Of a stretch of DNA of 64,000 nucleotides, positions 38,262 to 51,897 are shown piece by piece. The number at the start of each line of letters is the position of its first letter. The first letter of the stretch is position 1. The translations under genes were made by a program, and so were the position numbers. Below the pieces are notes generated by a model. The model was not told the origin of the DNA. It made no database searches and worked only from the letters and a program-made list of their open reading frames with translations. The DNA comes from Narcine bancroftii (taxonomy: Eukaryota), in the NCBI RefSeq assembly GCF_036971445.1, contig NC_091479.1, positions 15,872,001-15,936,000 of the forward strand. The letters run 5' to 3'.

Positions 38262-38429
38262 GTGACTCTTTCTCGCTTACCCTAAGGGATGCACTAATGG
38301 TGACCCTTTATCTGCTGACAGCAGGCAGAAGGCAATTTTGTGTAATATTAAGGAATCTTGAATTAATGTTTATTAAGGTTGATTACACTGCCTGCCGGTC
38401 TGCAGCAAAAGTCCTTAACAACAGGCAGG

Positions 38430-39125
38430 ATCAAAGCCAAAACTGTGGGTGCTGGAGTCTCGAGCAAACAATGAGAAGCTGGAGAGACTCAGCAGGTCAG
38501 GCAATATCCATGGAGAAAAATGGTCACAGTGGCCAAGCATTTCATTTCTGCATCCCACTCCCATCCTCACGTCTGTCCACGGCATCATGTACGAACCCAC
38601 CAAGACAACTCGTAAACTGGAGGAGGAACACCTGATTTCCCGATTGGGCACTCGATATTAATGCTTTTCCGGTTTATACTCATCTGCTCTCCCTTCCCTT
38701 CCCCCTGTCAGTTTTACACCCCACTTCCCTCTCTCTCTTCACCCAGCCATCCCTCCTCTCCTTGCACGCTGCTGGGCCCTCCCTCCCTTCTCCACCTCCT
38801 GTTCCTCCAATTTGGTTTCGGTCTGCATGGGACCATGTCGGCGAGGGAATGGTATGGAAAATTGAAAAGGGTGGCCAGTGGGTGATCCCCGCTAATGCGG
38901 CGGACAGAGCCAAGGTGCTCAACAGAGTTGTCTCTCAGTCTGCGTCCAACCTCCCCGATGTAGAGGAGACCACGGCGGGAGCATCGGATGCAGTGGCCCG
39001 ACTCCCGCAGATTCACGAGTGAAGTGTTGCTTCCCTGCAGATCAGAACCATAAACAGTTCCTTCCAAGTGAAGCATAATTTTTACCTGTGAATCTGCAGG
39101 GGGTCATCTCCAGCACCCGGTGCTT
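38430..39125. mobile_element. Rearranged Penelope cluster with GIY-YIG fragments in both orientations
   Basis: Minus strand CIRCSRRGLLYIGEVGRRLRDNSVEHLGSVR; plus strand TRKLEEEHLISRLGT and FQVKHNFTCESAG. Confidence 0.8.
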
Positions 39126-39259
39126 TTGCAGTGAACCTAGAGATCGGGTGAAGAGCTGCTCATTCCTCTGTGATTTGACTGCAGAATTCCAAAACGAGCC
39201 AAACTACTACGTCCACAGCTCTCCAGGAAGGCGCCAGTGGCAGTGCCAAGACATCACCA

Positions 39260-39970
39260 TGGAACACTACAGCACGGAAACTGGCCCTTCTCATCTGTGA
39301 CAAACTATCATTCTGCCTTCATTCCACTGACCTACACCCAGTCCATTCCACTGACCTACACCCAGTCCATATCCCCTCCCATTTATGTTCCCGTCCAAAG
39401 TTTTCTTAAATGTGAAAATAGATCAGCTGGCAGCTCGCTCCACACACCCACTACTCTCTGCGTGAAGAAGTTCCCTCTAAACATTTCCCCTTTCACCTTT
39501 ACCCTATCTCCGCTGGTTTGAATCTCACCTAACCCAGGTGGAAAAAGTCTGCTTGCATTTACTCAGTCTGTCCCCCTCATAATTTTGTTTACTGTACATC
39601 AAATCTCCCCTCATTCTTCTACACTCGGGGAATAATGTCCTAACCGGTTTCACCTTTTCCTGCAACTCAGTTCCTCATGTCCAGGCAATATCCTAGTAAA
39701 TGTCTTCTGCACTTTTTGAATCCTATTGATATCTTTCCTCTCAGTAGGTGACCAAAACTGCACACAATACTTCAAATTTGGCCTCACCGATGTCTTAGAC
39801 AACTTTATACCACAACATCCCAACTCCTCTACTCATCAGTTTGATTCACGAAGGCCAATGTGCCAAACGTTCTCTTTATAACCTGTGATGCCACTTTCAG
39901 GGAATGATGTATCTGTATCCCCAGATCCCTCTGTTCCACCGGACTCTTTGGTGCCCTATCATTTACCGTG
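39260..39970 (-). mobile_element. CR1/HER1 LINE 3' portion
   Basis: Reverse complement aaatttgaagtattgtgtgcagttttggtcacct etc.; small 24-bp tandem duplication at about 39321-39370. Confidence 0.8.
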
Positions 39971-40029
39971 CGTGCCCTCTTAGTGTTATCATTTTATTTT
40001 TACAATAATTTCATGATTTGTTCAAGACG

Positions 40030-41000
40030 ATACATCCTGATTCTGATTTCATCAAATATTACAAAAGTATATGACAATAAAATATTAACAAATCTTATAT
40101 AGTAATAAAAATGGTATTGAAACGTACATTACACGGAAAAGAAGTTAAATAAATCCCACGATACTAATTATCGATCCCCTCCCTTTGGAGGCTACTGGCT
40201 TACCAGAAACAGTCCACTACTTATAATAAAAAAAGGTAAACAATGGGGTCAAGAACCAAAAACTAGTTAATCTTACAAATTTTGAGAATAATTAAGAAAT
40301 GAAACCCATAAAGGGACAAACTTAAGATTCATTTCAGTTGTGGAACTTCTAATTTCCTCCAAAGACAGACGTGCCATCATATCGGACGCCCATTGAGTGC
40401 GAGTGGGAGGGGCAGCACCTTCCCACCTCACTGATACGGCCCTTCTTGCGACAAGGGAGGTGAAGGCAACGACACGGGATTGCGAAGCAGTCGGCATCAA
40501 ACCCAGTGGCCCAATTATTCCAAAGAGTGCGAGAAAAGGTTTTGAAGTCAAAGTAATGTTAAGAACTAAAGACCAGGAACAAAATACCCCTTCCCAAAAA
40601 TTGGAAGAGCATAACCAGAACATACAGTGTACCACCTTCAGTTATACCAGTGGTTTTCAACCTTTTTCTTCCCACTCACATCCCACTTTAAGTAATCCCT
40701 AGGCCATCAGTGCTCTGTGATTAGTAAGTGGGAAGGTTGAGAATCACTGCTCCAGACCCAATTGTTACTGAAATATTTTGCCTGAGAAAAATTGTCATCG
40801 ACCCATTTCCTCTGGAGTTCTCAAACCTTGCACATAACGAGTCAATGAGGGACGAATAAAAGAGTGGTTTTCAAACTTTTTCTTTCCACCCACATCCCAC
40901 CTTAACCAATCCCTTACTAATCACAGAGCACCGATGGCCTAGGGAATACTTAAAAAGTTGAGAACCACTGGGTTATACATTTATCACATGTCAATCAGAA
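40030..41000 (-). mobile_element. L1-clade LINE ORF2 C-terminus, split by a MITE
   Basis: CDKC|...MFWLC..FWEGV...ALFG...AFTSLVARRAV..RW....PP....W..DMM..LSLEEIR. Confidence 0.85.
40648..40970. mobile_element. Composite hAT MITE
   Basis: TIRs plus TSD agttatac/ggttatac (7 of 8). Confidence 0.9.
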
Positions 41001-42126
41001 ATGGAAAGAAATAGCTGGTGATAAATGCAAAGGATCTGAATGATATGGTTTATTTTTGTGTCATTGGGAATCACCATCATTTTTATCATTATCCCATTTA
41101 CCAAAAAGTATTTTGTGCTCAGATGAGTTTCATAGCGATTTTTTTTTAAAGCTACTGTTATAATAGTTTTTTAATGTATAACCTCCTTTGGCAAACATAA
41201 AATTGTGCAAATAAATTACACACAACAGCCAACGTTATGCGGCCACGATAGAATATTGGGTTCAGCGTCAGACCAGCCCATTAGTATGATGAGGGATGAA
41301 TATTGTGACCCAATTTGAACTGGAGAGAATTCTGACAATTTTAATCAGTAAATTCAAAATCCCATGTTGGGGGAGGAAGGTTTTAAGCAACACTGAGCGT
41401 TCTCTCGTGGGAACGTGTATTTTATGAAAGCGTTCAATTGCATTGTTTTTGTTCTAAAATGAATGAATGAAAGAACTAAACTGATAGAACACTATTGATG
41501 CCTCTGTGGAAGCCAAGTGTGCATTGAAAGCATGAGAATTTCTGGAACTGGATAAAGACACCAGGTCCCAACTTTCCCAAGGTGAGGTGAGCCTATCTGT
41601 CCTGTTGTCACTGCAAACCAGGGATTACGACTTCGTGGCTCGCTGCAACCCTCAAATTTACTAAAAATCCAGCCATCCCTCAGCTGGTGCTCGTGAAACG
41701 AAATGCAGCGCAGAGTTTGGGAGAACTTTAAGTTTGCTAACTTTCTGCTGGGTCGAAAAATGTCCTCAGTCTGAGTGTTGTGGAGTGCAAGTGTGGAAGC
41801 CTGCCTTCTGAAGTCGGAACTTCGCCGGATCCCGTGCTCAGGGCCACAGTCCGGGAACCTTCTGAGACCGTGAAACACGGGCATCTGCAGGGGGTGCAAC
41901 AGTGGTCAAAACACAGAAATGCTGGAGGAACTCAGCCGGTCTCGCAGCATCCATTGGGTAAAGATGATATTACCAACGTTTCAGGTCCGAGGCCCTTCTC
42001 CAAGGTTTGAGTGGAGAAAAGAGAGGTTCTGAATTAAAGGCTGTGTAAAGAAAGCGGGGGAGGAATACCCCCCAACAGACAAAATTGGATAAGAGAAAAG
42101 GTGAGAATTGATTTTGGCTCTGCACA

Positions 42127-42307
42127 NNNNNNNNNNNNNNNNNNNNNNNNNNNNNNNNNNNNNNNNNNNNNNNNNNNNNNNNNNNNNNNNNNNNNNNNNN
42201 NNNNNNNNNNNNNNNNNNNNNNNNNNNNNNNNNNNNNNNNNNNNNNNNNNNNNNNNNNNNNNNNNNNNNNNNNNNNNNNNNNNNNNNNNNNNNNNNNNNN
42301 NNNNNNN
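42127..42307. other. Assembly gap (N run)
   Basis: Run of N. Confidence 1.
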
Positions 42308-43034
42308 AGGAGGAGGGAAAGAGAGGAGGAGGGAAAGAGGAGGAGGAAAAGAGAGATGGAGGGAAAGAGAGATGGAGGGAAAGAGAGATGGAGGGAAAGA
42401 GAGATGGAGGGAAAGAGAGATGGAGGGAAAGAGAGATGGAGGGAAAGAGAGATGGAGGGAAAGAGAGATGGAGGGAAAGAGAGATGGAGGGAAAGAGAGA
42501 TGGAGGGAAAGAGAGATGGAGGGAAAGAGAGATGGAGGGAAAGAGAGATGGAGGGAAAGAGAGATGGAGGGAAAGAGAGATGGAGGGAAAGAGAGATGGA
42601 GGGAAAGAGAGATGGAGGGAAAGAGAGATGGAGGGAAAGAGAGATGGAGGGAAACAGAGGAGGGAAACAGAGGAGGGAAAGAGAGGAGGGAAAGAGAGGA
42701 GGGAAAGGGAGGGAGGGAGAGAGAAAGAGAGAAAGAGAGAGAAAGCGAGAGAGAAAGCGAGAGAGAAAGCGAGAGAGAAAGCGAGAGAGAAAGCGAGAGA
42801 GAAAGCGAGAGAGAAAGCGAGAGAGAAAGCGAGAGAGAAAGCGAGAGAGAAAGCGAGAGAGAAAGCGAGAGAGAAAGCGAGAGAGAAAGCGAGAGAGAAA
42901 GCGAGAGAGAAAGCGAGAGAGAAAGCGAGAGAGAAAGCGAGAGAGAAAGCGAGAGAGAAAGCGAGAGAGAAAGCGAGAGAGAAAGCGAGAGAGAAAGCGA
43001 GAGAGAAAGCGAGAGAGAAAGCGAGAGAGAAAGC
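42308..43034 (+). repeat. Polypurine tandem arrays: 16-bp (gagagatggagggaaa)n then 12-bp (gagagagaaagc)n
   Basis: Directly visible; bounded by gaps on both sides. Confidence 0.95.
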
Positions 43035-43192
43035 NNNNNNNNNNNNNNNNNNNNNNNNNNNNNNNNNNNNNNNNNNNNNNNNNNNNNNNNNNNNNNNNNN
43101 NNNNNNNNNNNNNNNNNNNNNNNNNNNNNNNNNNNNNNNNNNNNNNNNNNNNNNNNNNNNNNNNNNNNNNNNNNNNNNNNNNNNNNNNNNNN
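43035..43192. other. Assembly gap (N run)
   Basis: Run of N. Confidence 1.
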
Positions 43193-44049
43193 GTAAGAAG
43201 ATAGGGGGGAGGCTTTTACAACCGAAACCGAGAAATCGATGTTAATGCCATTCAGGTGACATCCAGTTTCTGAATTTTGTTTAGTTCCTGCAGAGATTCT
43301 GTTCATCAGTAATGCTGTGGAGATTTATTACAGCTTTCACCATTCACGCCTGTCGCTAAGTCAGAAAGTTAGAGGCTTGATGCTGCCCAATAAATTAAAC
43401 ATCAATCTCGGCAGATACTCCAGTGCATGGTGCAGATCCGTGAAACCAAGTTCCTGACTGTCCTCTTAATGTGGATCAAATGATCTCAATGCATCTTTAG
43501 TGAAAATGAGTTGAACAGTTCTTCCCAGCACCTTGGCAGATGTTCAGCCCTCAACCATGATCTAGGTATAATTACACGGCAGAAGATAAAGTTGTCCTCT
43601 CTCCAATCATGAAAGCCCCCCTCCCCACCGCACACCGAGTCTCTCAAACTGGCATGACAAGCTAAGATAATTGGGCCATTCTATACCAACAATACATTTC
43701 CTTTTGCTACTTTCAACAAACTTTCTCTGCTCTGCAGTGTTGGATGAGGGACGTCAGCTCGTTCGGAGAGAAATAACATGCGCTGTTCCCTGGTTTCCAG
43801 TGAGTGGGGACCGTAAACATCAGAACTCATATCATACAAGAGCGGATCAGTGCAAATTATTTCAATGCGCTGTTTGGCTGGAGTGAGGAGAATTAAAGGA
43901 TGGTGTACAGCAAGCTCAGTGCTGTCAACTGTAGTAATGACTTTCATTAAGCTAGTGGGACAAAAAAAACACCACTGGCATGTGTCTGAAATCCAACGGC
44001 TCCTGCTGAATGTGTGTTCCACAAGTTAGACGTCCTTTTAAAAAAGAAA

Positions 44050-44590
44050 TTGACGCTGTTGTAACAGTGGGAGAACGGGGAGCTGCTCCCAAGGGTCCAA
44101 CCGCCCGGTCCTAAATGTCAACTGCTCCATACAGGTTAGTGGAGCTGACGGGGTTTTCAAACCACCCAAAGATGACAGCACCAGCAGGGAGCAGCCGACC
44201 GGTGCAGGGCACCTGAAACAGTGAGTCAACCCCCACACCCATTGCGAAGGAGGAGCAGAGTAGTGACCACAGGGGTGGTCCAGCGAGGGCCTCGCCGGAT
44301 GACGAACCCACGTGGGCTGTGGGCGACCTGCGGTCGGGGGGGGGTGGGGGGGGAAACCAAGTGTCAGAGCAGGAATTTGAGAGGGGGCTGAGGGCAAGAA
44401 GGGCCCCTGAAGGCTTCCTGGTCACGTTGGAGGTTTGGATCTGGGGCTCAGGTTAGACGTTGAATCAAAAATGGAGTCGGTGCGGCTCCTTTCTCTTGTA
44501 ACGTCAGGGATACTAGGCAACACTCATGGAAACTCTTATGGCAGGCCGAAGGCAATTTCATGTAGCATCACATGGCAATAAAAGAATCTT
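44050..44590 (+). mobile_element. Unclassified GC-rich retroposon family, copy 3
   Basis: Shared core with the 8250 and 37330 copies; ends ggcaataaaagaatcttg. Confidence 0.6.
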
Positions 44591-45029
44591 GGGTGCAAAT
44601 ATGATGGGTGTACAAAAATGGGAAATAACAAACAACAGGGGAGCACAGTTGGTCCAATGCTCTTACAGCGCCAGAGACCAGGGTTCAAATCCTGCACTGT
44701 AAGGAGTTTGTACACTCTCCCCGTGTCAGCGTAGGTTTTCCCTGGGTTTCCTCCCACCGTTTGAAAAGTACTGGAGTTGGCGACTAAAGGGGAGTAAATT
44801 GGGCAGCGCGGGTCAAAATGCTGTACGTCTAAATTTTTTATTAAATTTAAATTTTAAAAAAATTGTTTGTTTTTTCTTTTTTATCTTTCCTTTTTTAAAA
44901 ATTCTATAAGATGTCACATAAAATATGAAACCTGATTTTGTTTTTTCATTAAAAAATGAAAAATGGTTACAATTTATAATTGTGGATGCTACGCTAAATG
45001 GAATGGGTTATTCCATTTATGAAATGGTC

Positions 45030-45300
45030 GAGTCTCAAATCTCACCACCTCAGGAGCCGAGGGTGTCCAGACGTCACATCAAGCCTCCGGACAGACTCAA
45101 CCTGTAATTGTAACTAATAATACTCCACTTGCATACTCTTAATTTAGCCATTAGTCCGTTATTTTACCAGTCTGTCACAGTTGGCTTTCATCTTTTTAAA
45201 AAGGTGGGGGGGGGGGGTGAGTGTGGGGATCCTTGGTATTGCGTGCTTGTGTGTAGAATGTGGTCCGAGGCTGTAGGCTGACTAGGGGGAAGTAGCCTTC
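45030..45300 (+). mobile_element. Gypsy-type LTR retrotransposon remnant: pol C-terminus, polypurine tract, start of 3' LTR
   Basis: ...RVSRRHIKPPDRLNL* resembles a Gypsy pol terminus; followed by aaaaagg(t)gggggg and TGT at 45222. Confidence 0.6.
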
Positions 45301-46954
45301 ATGCTTGCATACAAGTGTTCCTGTCCATAGCCCTGCGCTCAGATGGGGACTAGCCCCATAGATGGCCAAAACTGACTTGCAATGTTCAACATTTGCCAAG
45401 TCCGACACCATCAACTTCATGGGGGTATTGGATGCAGGGGTGCACTGGCGACCACCCCAGCTACATCAATACCATGGTACGATGCTGAGACAGAGGAAGT
45501 GGTGGCAGTGAGTGATGAACCCCACCCCATCCCTCCTGCCATCAACAAGATGGATACAATGGCCTGCCTGGATTAACACTGTTTTGTTGACTCTCCAGAA
45601 GTTCAATGCCATCCATATCAACACGAACCTGCTTGTCCGCTACCCGATCTTTCACCTTCCATCTCTCTACAGTTAAATACTTCACTTCCAGAGCCCACGT
45701 CATAGATCCCTCAGGAAGGCACCAGTTCTAAAGGCCAAAACCCTCCACCCAAAGGCGTGGAGAGCAGCAATACAAGGAGATGGCCTGTCACCAGAGGAGA
45801 TACGGGCCGATTACAGGCAAATGGAGCAAGCTTGGTTGGAAAGGACAAGTTGGGCTGAATGGCTTTTGATGTGCCTTCTGTTCCATACAGTGGAAAGCTC
45901 TTACTTAATCACTATGTAGGAATGGATATCAAATTCTGACCATGCCAGCCATGCCCATAGCTTTGACATAAACAAAAGGTTGTGGCCTGATATCCTAAGG
46001 TTGTGGCCTGATATCCTAAAGTTGAGCTCCATAGAGATTCCCATTACCTTTCCATCTTTATTTTGGTGATGGTTTTCACAAATATCCTAATTACCATCGC
46101 CTGAGCCCTTCTTCAAGGTGTGACCAAAGAACAGGACGGCGTCAGAACAAAGACAAGGCTGGCTCGGGGGAGGAGTCCAGGCCAACGAAAGGTGTTCATT
46201 TTAATGAAGTCCTCCTCCACAACCTTTTGATTCAGGAGCCTGCCAGCTTTTTACCTTGAAGATGGGCTCAGGTCCTAATCGTCCATCTTTACTTCCTCTG
46301 GACTCTGCAACCCCAGCATTTCTTCATTTTTACTACAATCATTAGGTCTGCGGACATTCGAGTTTCCCTTCACTTTAGTAAGAATGAGACATTTTGTAAA
46401 AAAAGAATCACTGGGGGATAATGACTTTGATGAAGTCATTCAAATCCTACATATTCCAGTGGAAAAAACTGCAAGCTCAATTATCCATTTTGGAAAATGC
46501 AGCCGGTGAAATATATTGCTCTCAAAAACAACTCCAAGCCATAGAGGGATAATCTGAGAGGGCATTAGTCTTATCCACGTTGACAACATCACTTTTCATT
46601 AGCCACAGAAAGCACTAGAAGTGATCAATTATCGTGAACATTCAAATCATTATTACGTCACCGTTAATTATATTTGTCACTCCTGCTATTTTGAGATACT
46701 GTACGTGAAAGCCAAATGCTTCTGGCGCGTTGAGACCGATACAATTAAAGACTTTATTTCATTTTTATGTGCCTCAAGTTACCAGCCAGGACAATATCTT
46801 GCATAGAGTTGCGGGGAGCAAAGGTGAATGCGATCCTCGGTTATGGATTTTCAGAGACAGGCCGCCACAAAAGGCAATCGCTCAGCCCATCCTATATACG
46901 CCAGTTCCTGGTGGACCCAGCCCATCCTATCCACAGTGGGCTCAGCCCATTCTA

Positions 46955-47247
46955 TCCCTTAAGATGGTAATGTGGGTGGAAAGGGAAGGTTGAGAATCGC
47001 TGCTCGAGACCCAACTGCTACTGAAATATTTTGCTTGAGAAAAATGGTCTTTGGCCCATTTCCTTTGGAGTTCTGAGACCATCCACATAACGAGTCATTG
47101 AGGTACAATTAAAACAGTGGTTTTCAAACCTTTTCTTCCCACCCACATCCCACCTTAAGCAATCCCTCACTAATCACAGAACACCGATAACATAGGGATT
47201 ACTTAAAACTGGTATGTTAGCGGAAAGAAAAAAGTTGAGAACCACTG
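46955..47247. mobile_element. Composite hAT MITE, partial
   Basis: Same modules; right TIR ends at 47247. Confidence 0.8.
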
Positions 47248-47529
47248 GGTTAAAGGGAATAATAAGGGGAACCTCACACTGCCAGTTGGACAGGTACATG
47301 GATAGGAGGGGTATGGTCCGGGTGCAGGTCAGTGGGACGAGGCAGAATGAGAGTTTGGCATAACGAGAAGGGCCTGTTTCTGTGCTGTCATGTTCCATGA
47401 CTGTATACGGTGCTCCCTCATTCCACCAGGTGTCCTCTCTGCATTCCCAGACTTCAGAAAGAGCCCCAGCCTGAAATGACAGCCATTCTTTTTCTCCCAC
47501 TGATGCTGCTCGATCGGTTTTATTTATAT

Positions 47530-47950
47530 CCCTCCCCACTATCAAGAACATCTACGGGGAACGCTGCCGTCGGAGAGCAGCGCTCCTCAAGGATCCACGT
47601 CACCCAGCACACGGACTGTTCTCAATCATCAAGGATCTGCACCACCCAGCAGGCGCTCTGTTCTCACTGCTGCCATCCAGAAAGAAGTGTCGGTGCCACA
47701 AGACTCACACCAACACCTGCTACCCCTCCACCATCAGACTCCTCAACGACAAACTCAATTAGGGACTTACTTTTTAAACCTCATCACAAATGATTTTTTT
47801 TTCCTCTATATTGCCCAGTTTGTTTATATGTGGATGTACCTTCCTGAGTACTGTTTTTTTTTTGGCACTGCCAATAGGTGGTAATTTTGCCTCGCCCGCA
47901 GGAAAAAGGGTTGGATGCGATGGCATGTATGTAGTCTGACGATACATCTG
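47530..47950 (+). mobile_element. Rex1/Babar LINE 3' end
   Basis: Reverse-complement match to about 6900-7320. Confidence 0.8.
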
Positions 47951-48469
47951 ATCACGTATATTTGTAATTGTTACATGCTGGATATCCTGTGTGCACCATG
48001 AGTCTGGAGAAATGCTGTTTCGTCTGTTGTCTGTGTGCAGTCAAATAAACTTGAGATCTTCCAGTAAATTATGTTTACCGGATTCCACTGTCTCCAACCC
48101 TTCTTACTGTGCGAGGCAGAAAATGGCAAAGACATACAATCTTTAAAAAATCAAATCTTCCCCGAGACGCCTGCAAATTATTCCTTTTTGAAATCCTCAT
48201 TGATGCAACCTCTGAAAAACAAAGCTTCACATCGCAACTAATCCCTGCATCTAAACGCTGTTCCACACGTTACTCCTTTCCAAAATCCTACACCGGTGTC
48301 CCCGTCCACGAACAGGAAGGGCTGCTTTCAATTTACCCTCTCCAAAACCGCCAGGATCTTATCCACGTCCTGTCGTCACGGCCGTCAGCTGAATCACAGA
48401 CAGCAATGAGGAAGCGTGCAAGAGGGAGAGAGATCAGCTCATTGAGCGGCGTCACACCAACAACCTTGT

Positions 48470-48920
48470 ACTCGGCGTTAACAAAACCGAGGGAGCGGAT
48501 TGTGGACTTCAATGAGAGGAAAAATCAGGAGACCATGAACCAGTTCTCATCGAGGGGTTGGCAGTGGAAAGGGTGAAGAGCAGAGGATCTGTCCTGGGGC
48601 CTCCATGTCGATGCAATCACGAAGAAGGCCCGCCAGCGGCTACACTTCATGAGGAGTTTGAGGAGATTTGGTATCGTCACCAAAGACTCTTGCAGATTTT
48701 TTACAGGTGTACCGTGAAGACCATTCTGACTGGTTGCATCACTGTCTGGTATGGTCGATGCAATCACGAAGAAGGCCCGCCACCGGCTACACATCATGAG
48801 GAGTTTGAGGAGATTTGGTATCGTCACCAAAGACTCTTGCAGATTTTTTACAGGTGTACCGAGAAGACCATTCTGACTGGTTGCATCACTGTCTGGTATG
48901 GAGGTGCCAATGCACAGGAC
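48470..48920 (+). mobile_element. Rex1/Babar RT fragment with an internal 147-bp tandem duplication
   Basis: 48607-48753 repeated at 48754-48900. Confidence 0.85.
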
Positions 48921-49414
48921 AGTCACGCCCCTACCCCAATCAAATCTCACCTTCCCTCTTCTGCTCCCCTATCCACATCCAATTATGGCCTTCTGACTGT
49001 CGGCCTGTGCTCCTCTCCCTATTTCTTCTTCTCCCCTCCACCAGCCTATTAATTGCCTGCCTTTTGCCTCGTTCCTTGAAGGACTCGGACACCAAAGGTC
49101 GATTATTCATTACCTCCAATGGACACTGTGCGACCTGCTGAGTTCCTCCAGCCTTTCCATGCTTTTTACTCTTAAGACCGAGGACAAACCTCTCGCCCAA
49201 GGACTTGGCTCGGAGGGAGTAAATAACTTTAGCTCCTGTCACAGGACTCAACGGAGATAGTTGTCCATGACTCAAGTGAGATGCAGAGGGCACATCTTGA
49301 GTTGAGAACAGTGAGGACGGACATTCACATTTAATTGCCCAAAAGTCATTCAAATCCCACTGCAGTATTCTGCATGTCACCACCTGCTATTTCCTGTAAC
49401 ACTGTTGTTAACAC

Positions 49415-50010
49415 TCAATGACTCATTGAGGGGCAGCAGAGGAGAGGGTCAAATTCCTGGGGGTCAACATCTGAGGATCTGTCCTGGAGCCTCCATGTTG
49501 ATGCAATCTCAAAGGCGACTCGCCAGCGGCTATACTTTGTGAGGTGTCCGAGGAGATTCGGTACTTCCCCGAAGACTCCCAGACTCTTCCACAGGTGTAC
49601 TGGAGACAGCATTCTGGCTGGTTGCATCACTACCTGGTATGGAGGTGCCAACTCTCAGGACAAGAATAAACTCCAGAGGGTTGTTAACTCGGCCTGTGAC
49701 ATCACGGGCACCGGACTTCATTGAGGACATCTACAAAAAAAGCAGCCTCTATCGTCAAGGACCTCCCCCAGCCAGGCCATTCCCTCTTTACTTTCCTACC
49801 ATTGGAGCCTGAAGACGAACACTCACTCAGTGCCACAAGGACGGCTTCTTCCCCTCCGCCGTCAGATTCCTGAACGATCAATGAACCAAAGACTTTGACT
49901 TTTTCTTCCACGATATTTTGTACGTGGTTTATATAAATGTTTGCAACTGTGATGCTGGCACAAAACAATGAATTTCGTGACACGTTCATGACGATAAATT
50001 CTGATTCCGA
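49415..50010 (+). mobile_element. Rex1/Babar LINE 3' fragment
   Basis: SILAGCITTWYGGANSQDKNKLQRVVNSACDITG; gataaattctgattc tail. Confidence 0.85.
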
Positions 50011-51897
50011 CCTCTCCAAACCAGGCTGAGACAGCTCCTTATGTTCTCACTGCTAAATCTAATTCACTAACAGACAGAATTCTGTGAGCCCGTGGCGCCC
50101 CGCCCACAATTATCCCGCAATCCCCGCAAGTTTTTGGAGGTTGGGAGGAAACCCACACAGACACAGGAAAAACTCCTCACAGACAGCCCCGGAATCAAAC
50201 TCTGGTTGTTGGCGCTGAAACAGTGTTGTGCCCTGGTTAGAGCAAACCCAACCTCCAGCCCTGTCTGGTCTGGAATAATCAATGAACCTTACTTTTTGCG
50301 CAGTTTTTTTAAATATATATCTATTGTTGTAAGACAGTTTATAACATGAATATTTGCACTTCAATGCTCCCGCAGAACACCGAATTTCGTGACAAGTTCA
50401 CGAGAATAAATTCTGATTCGGCTCGGGGAGGAGCTAGCAAGTTCTCTGTGGCTGTGTGGGTCCTCGCTCACATCCCAAAGCACGCCCCTCTCCCCTCCAT
50501 CTATACCTCCCTCTGCCTTGAAAATGCAGCCAACAACAACCAAACGCTCGTCCCACCCTGCCAACACCATCACTCGTGATATAAACTCCTTAGAGACACC
50601 GTTGGATTCAAACCCGGTTCGTTGATGCTGTGATAGAGTTGCGCTAACCTGTTAAGTTCTTATGTTTATTTTTCTATATATTTTTGTCTTTCTTAAATAC
50701 ATTTAATTAACCACTAACTTAAATTTATATAATAATTTAAAATTTTCAATTCATTTCAGCTGTTTGCAAAGTTACTGATTGTTCTAGTTTTGAGTTTCTA
50801 CAATTAAGTTCACACCGGGTGCCTGGAAAATAGATAAGGATTTTTTTTTAATTTAAACGTACAGCGCGATAACAGGACCATCTGGCCCACAAGATTTGTG
50901 TTGCCCAAACTCCAATTAACCTACAACCTCTGTACGCTTTGGGAGGGTGGAAGGAATCTGGAACACCCCGGGGAAAACCCATGCAGACACGTGGAGAACG
51001 TACAAACACCTTACAGACAGCGCGGGATTCAAACCCTGGCTCTGAAACAGCGTTGCTTTATCCAGCAGGATTTAACAGTCACAGGGCAAGGTGACTGATC
51101 GGAATGTGAAATTCTTGTACTACCCTGCGCATCTCAGGGATTGTTCGAAGAGACGGGCAGAATCTCAATTGTACGAGGACAGAGGACTTCCCTCAATGTA
51201 TTCGCCAATTTCAGCTCGTGCTGCTTCCTTTGACGACCCCAGCGTCTGCTGGGCCAGCATCTGCAAACCGGATCTAACTGATTTATTTTCAGCCTGGGTG
51301 AGCCTTCAATCCAGTAATGTCTTCAATGAACGACAGACTGCTCTTAAAGGTCTGACAAGTCTCACAAAACTAAGTGGAAAATTTTGCCGAGGAATTTATC
51401 AAGAACTGATTCAATAATCCCCTATCCTTCAAACCAATCAAGGAAATGGAAATCTTGGCCAAGATCATGAATGTTATTTTATAAGCGTCTAAAGCAGGAA
51501 GACTCATATTAGCAATTATTTATAAATTCAAATGAGCTTCATTTATTTAATAGCTTCCAGAAATATATTTAACAGAAGTTTAATTGCAGGGCATGGCACA
51601 TTACAATATGTGGGTGATTGCATCGTTTAGAGAAAACCATACATTTGTACAAGTGGCTTAGTAGCTCCTTCAGAATATCTCACAAGGGTTTGCAACCAAT
51701 CAGGTGCCGTGGCAGATACAAGGCAGGAAATATGGCAGCCAGTTTGTTGACCAGCGAGCACCCCAAGGAACAACATTAGTAGGAGACAAAGATTGGTCGA
51801 TGTTTCGGGTCGGAATCTTTCGTTGAGGTTGAATGCGGAGGGGAGATATCCAGTGTACAGAGAGGAGAGGGTTGCACGAGGGGGGCCATTTGGGGAT

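Noticed and set aside
41981-43306. Long ORFs across the gaps
   Set aside because: Made of N runs and simple purine repeats.
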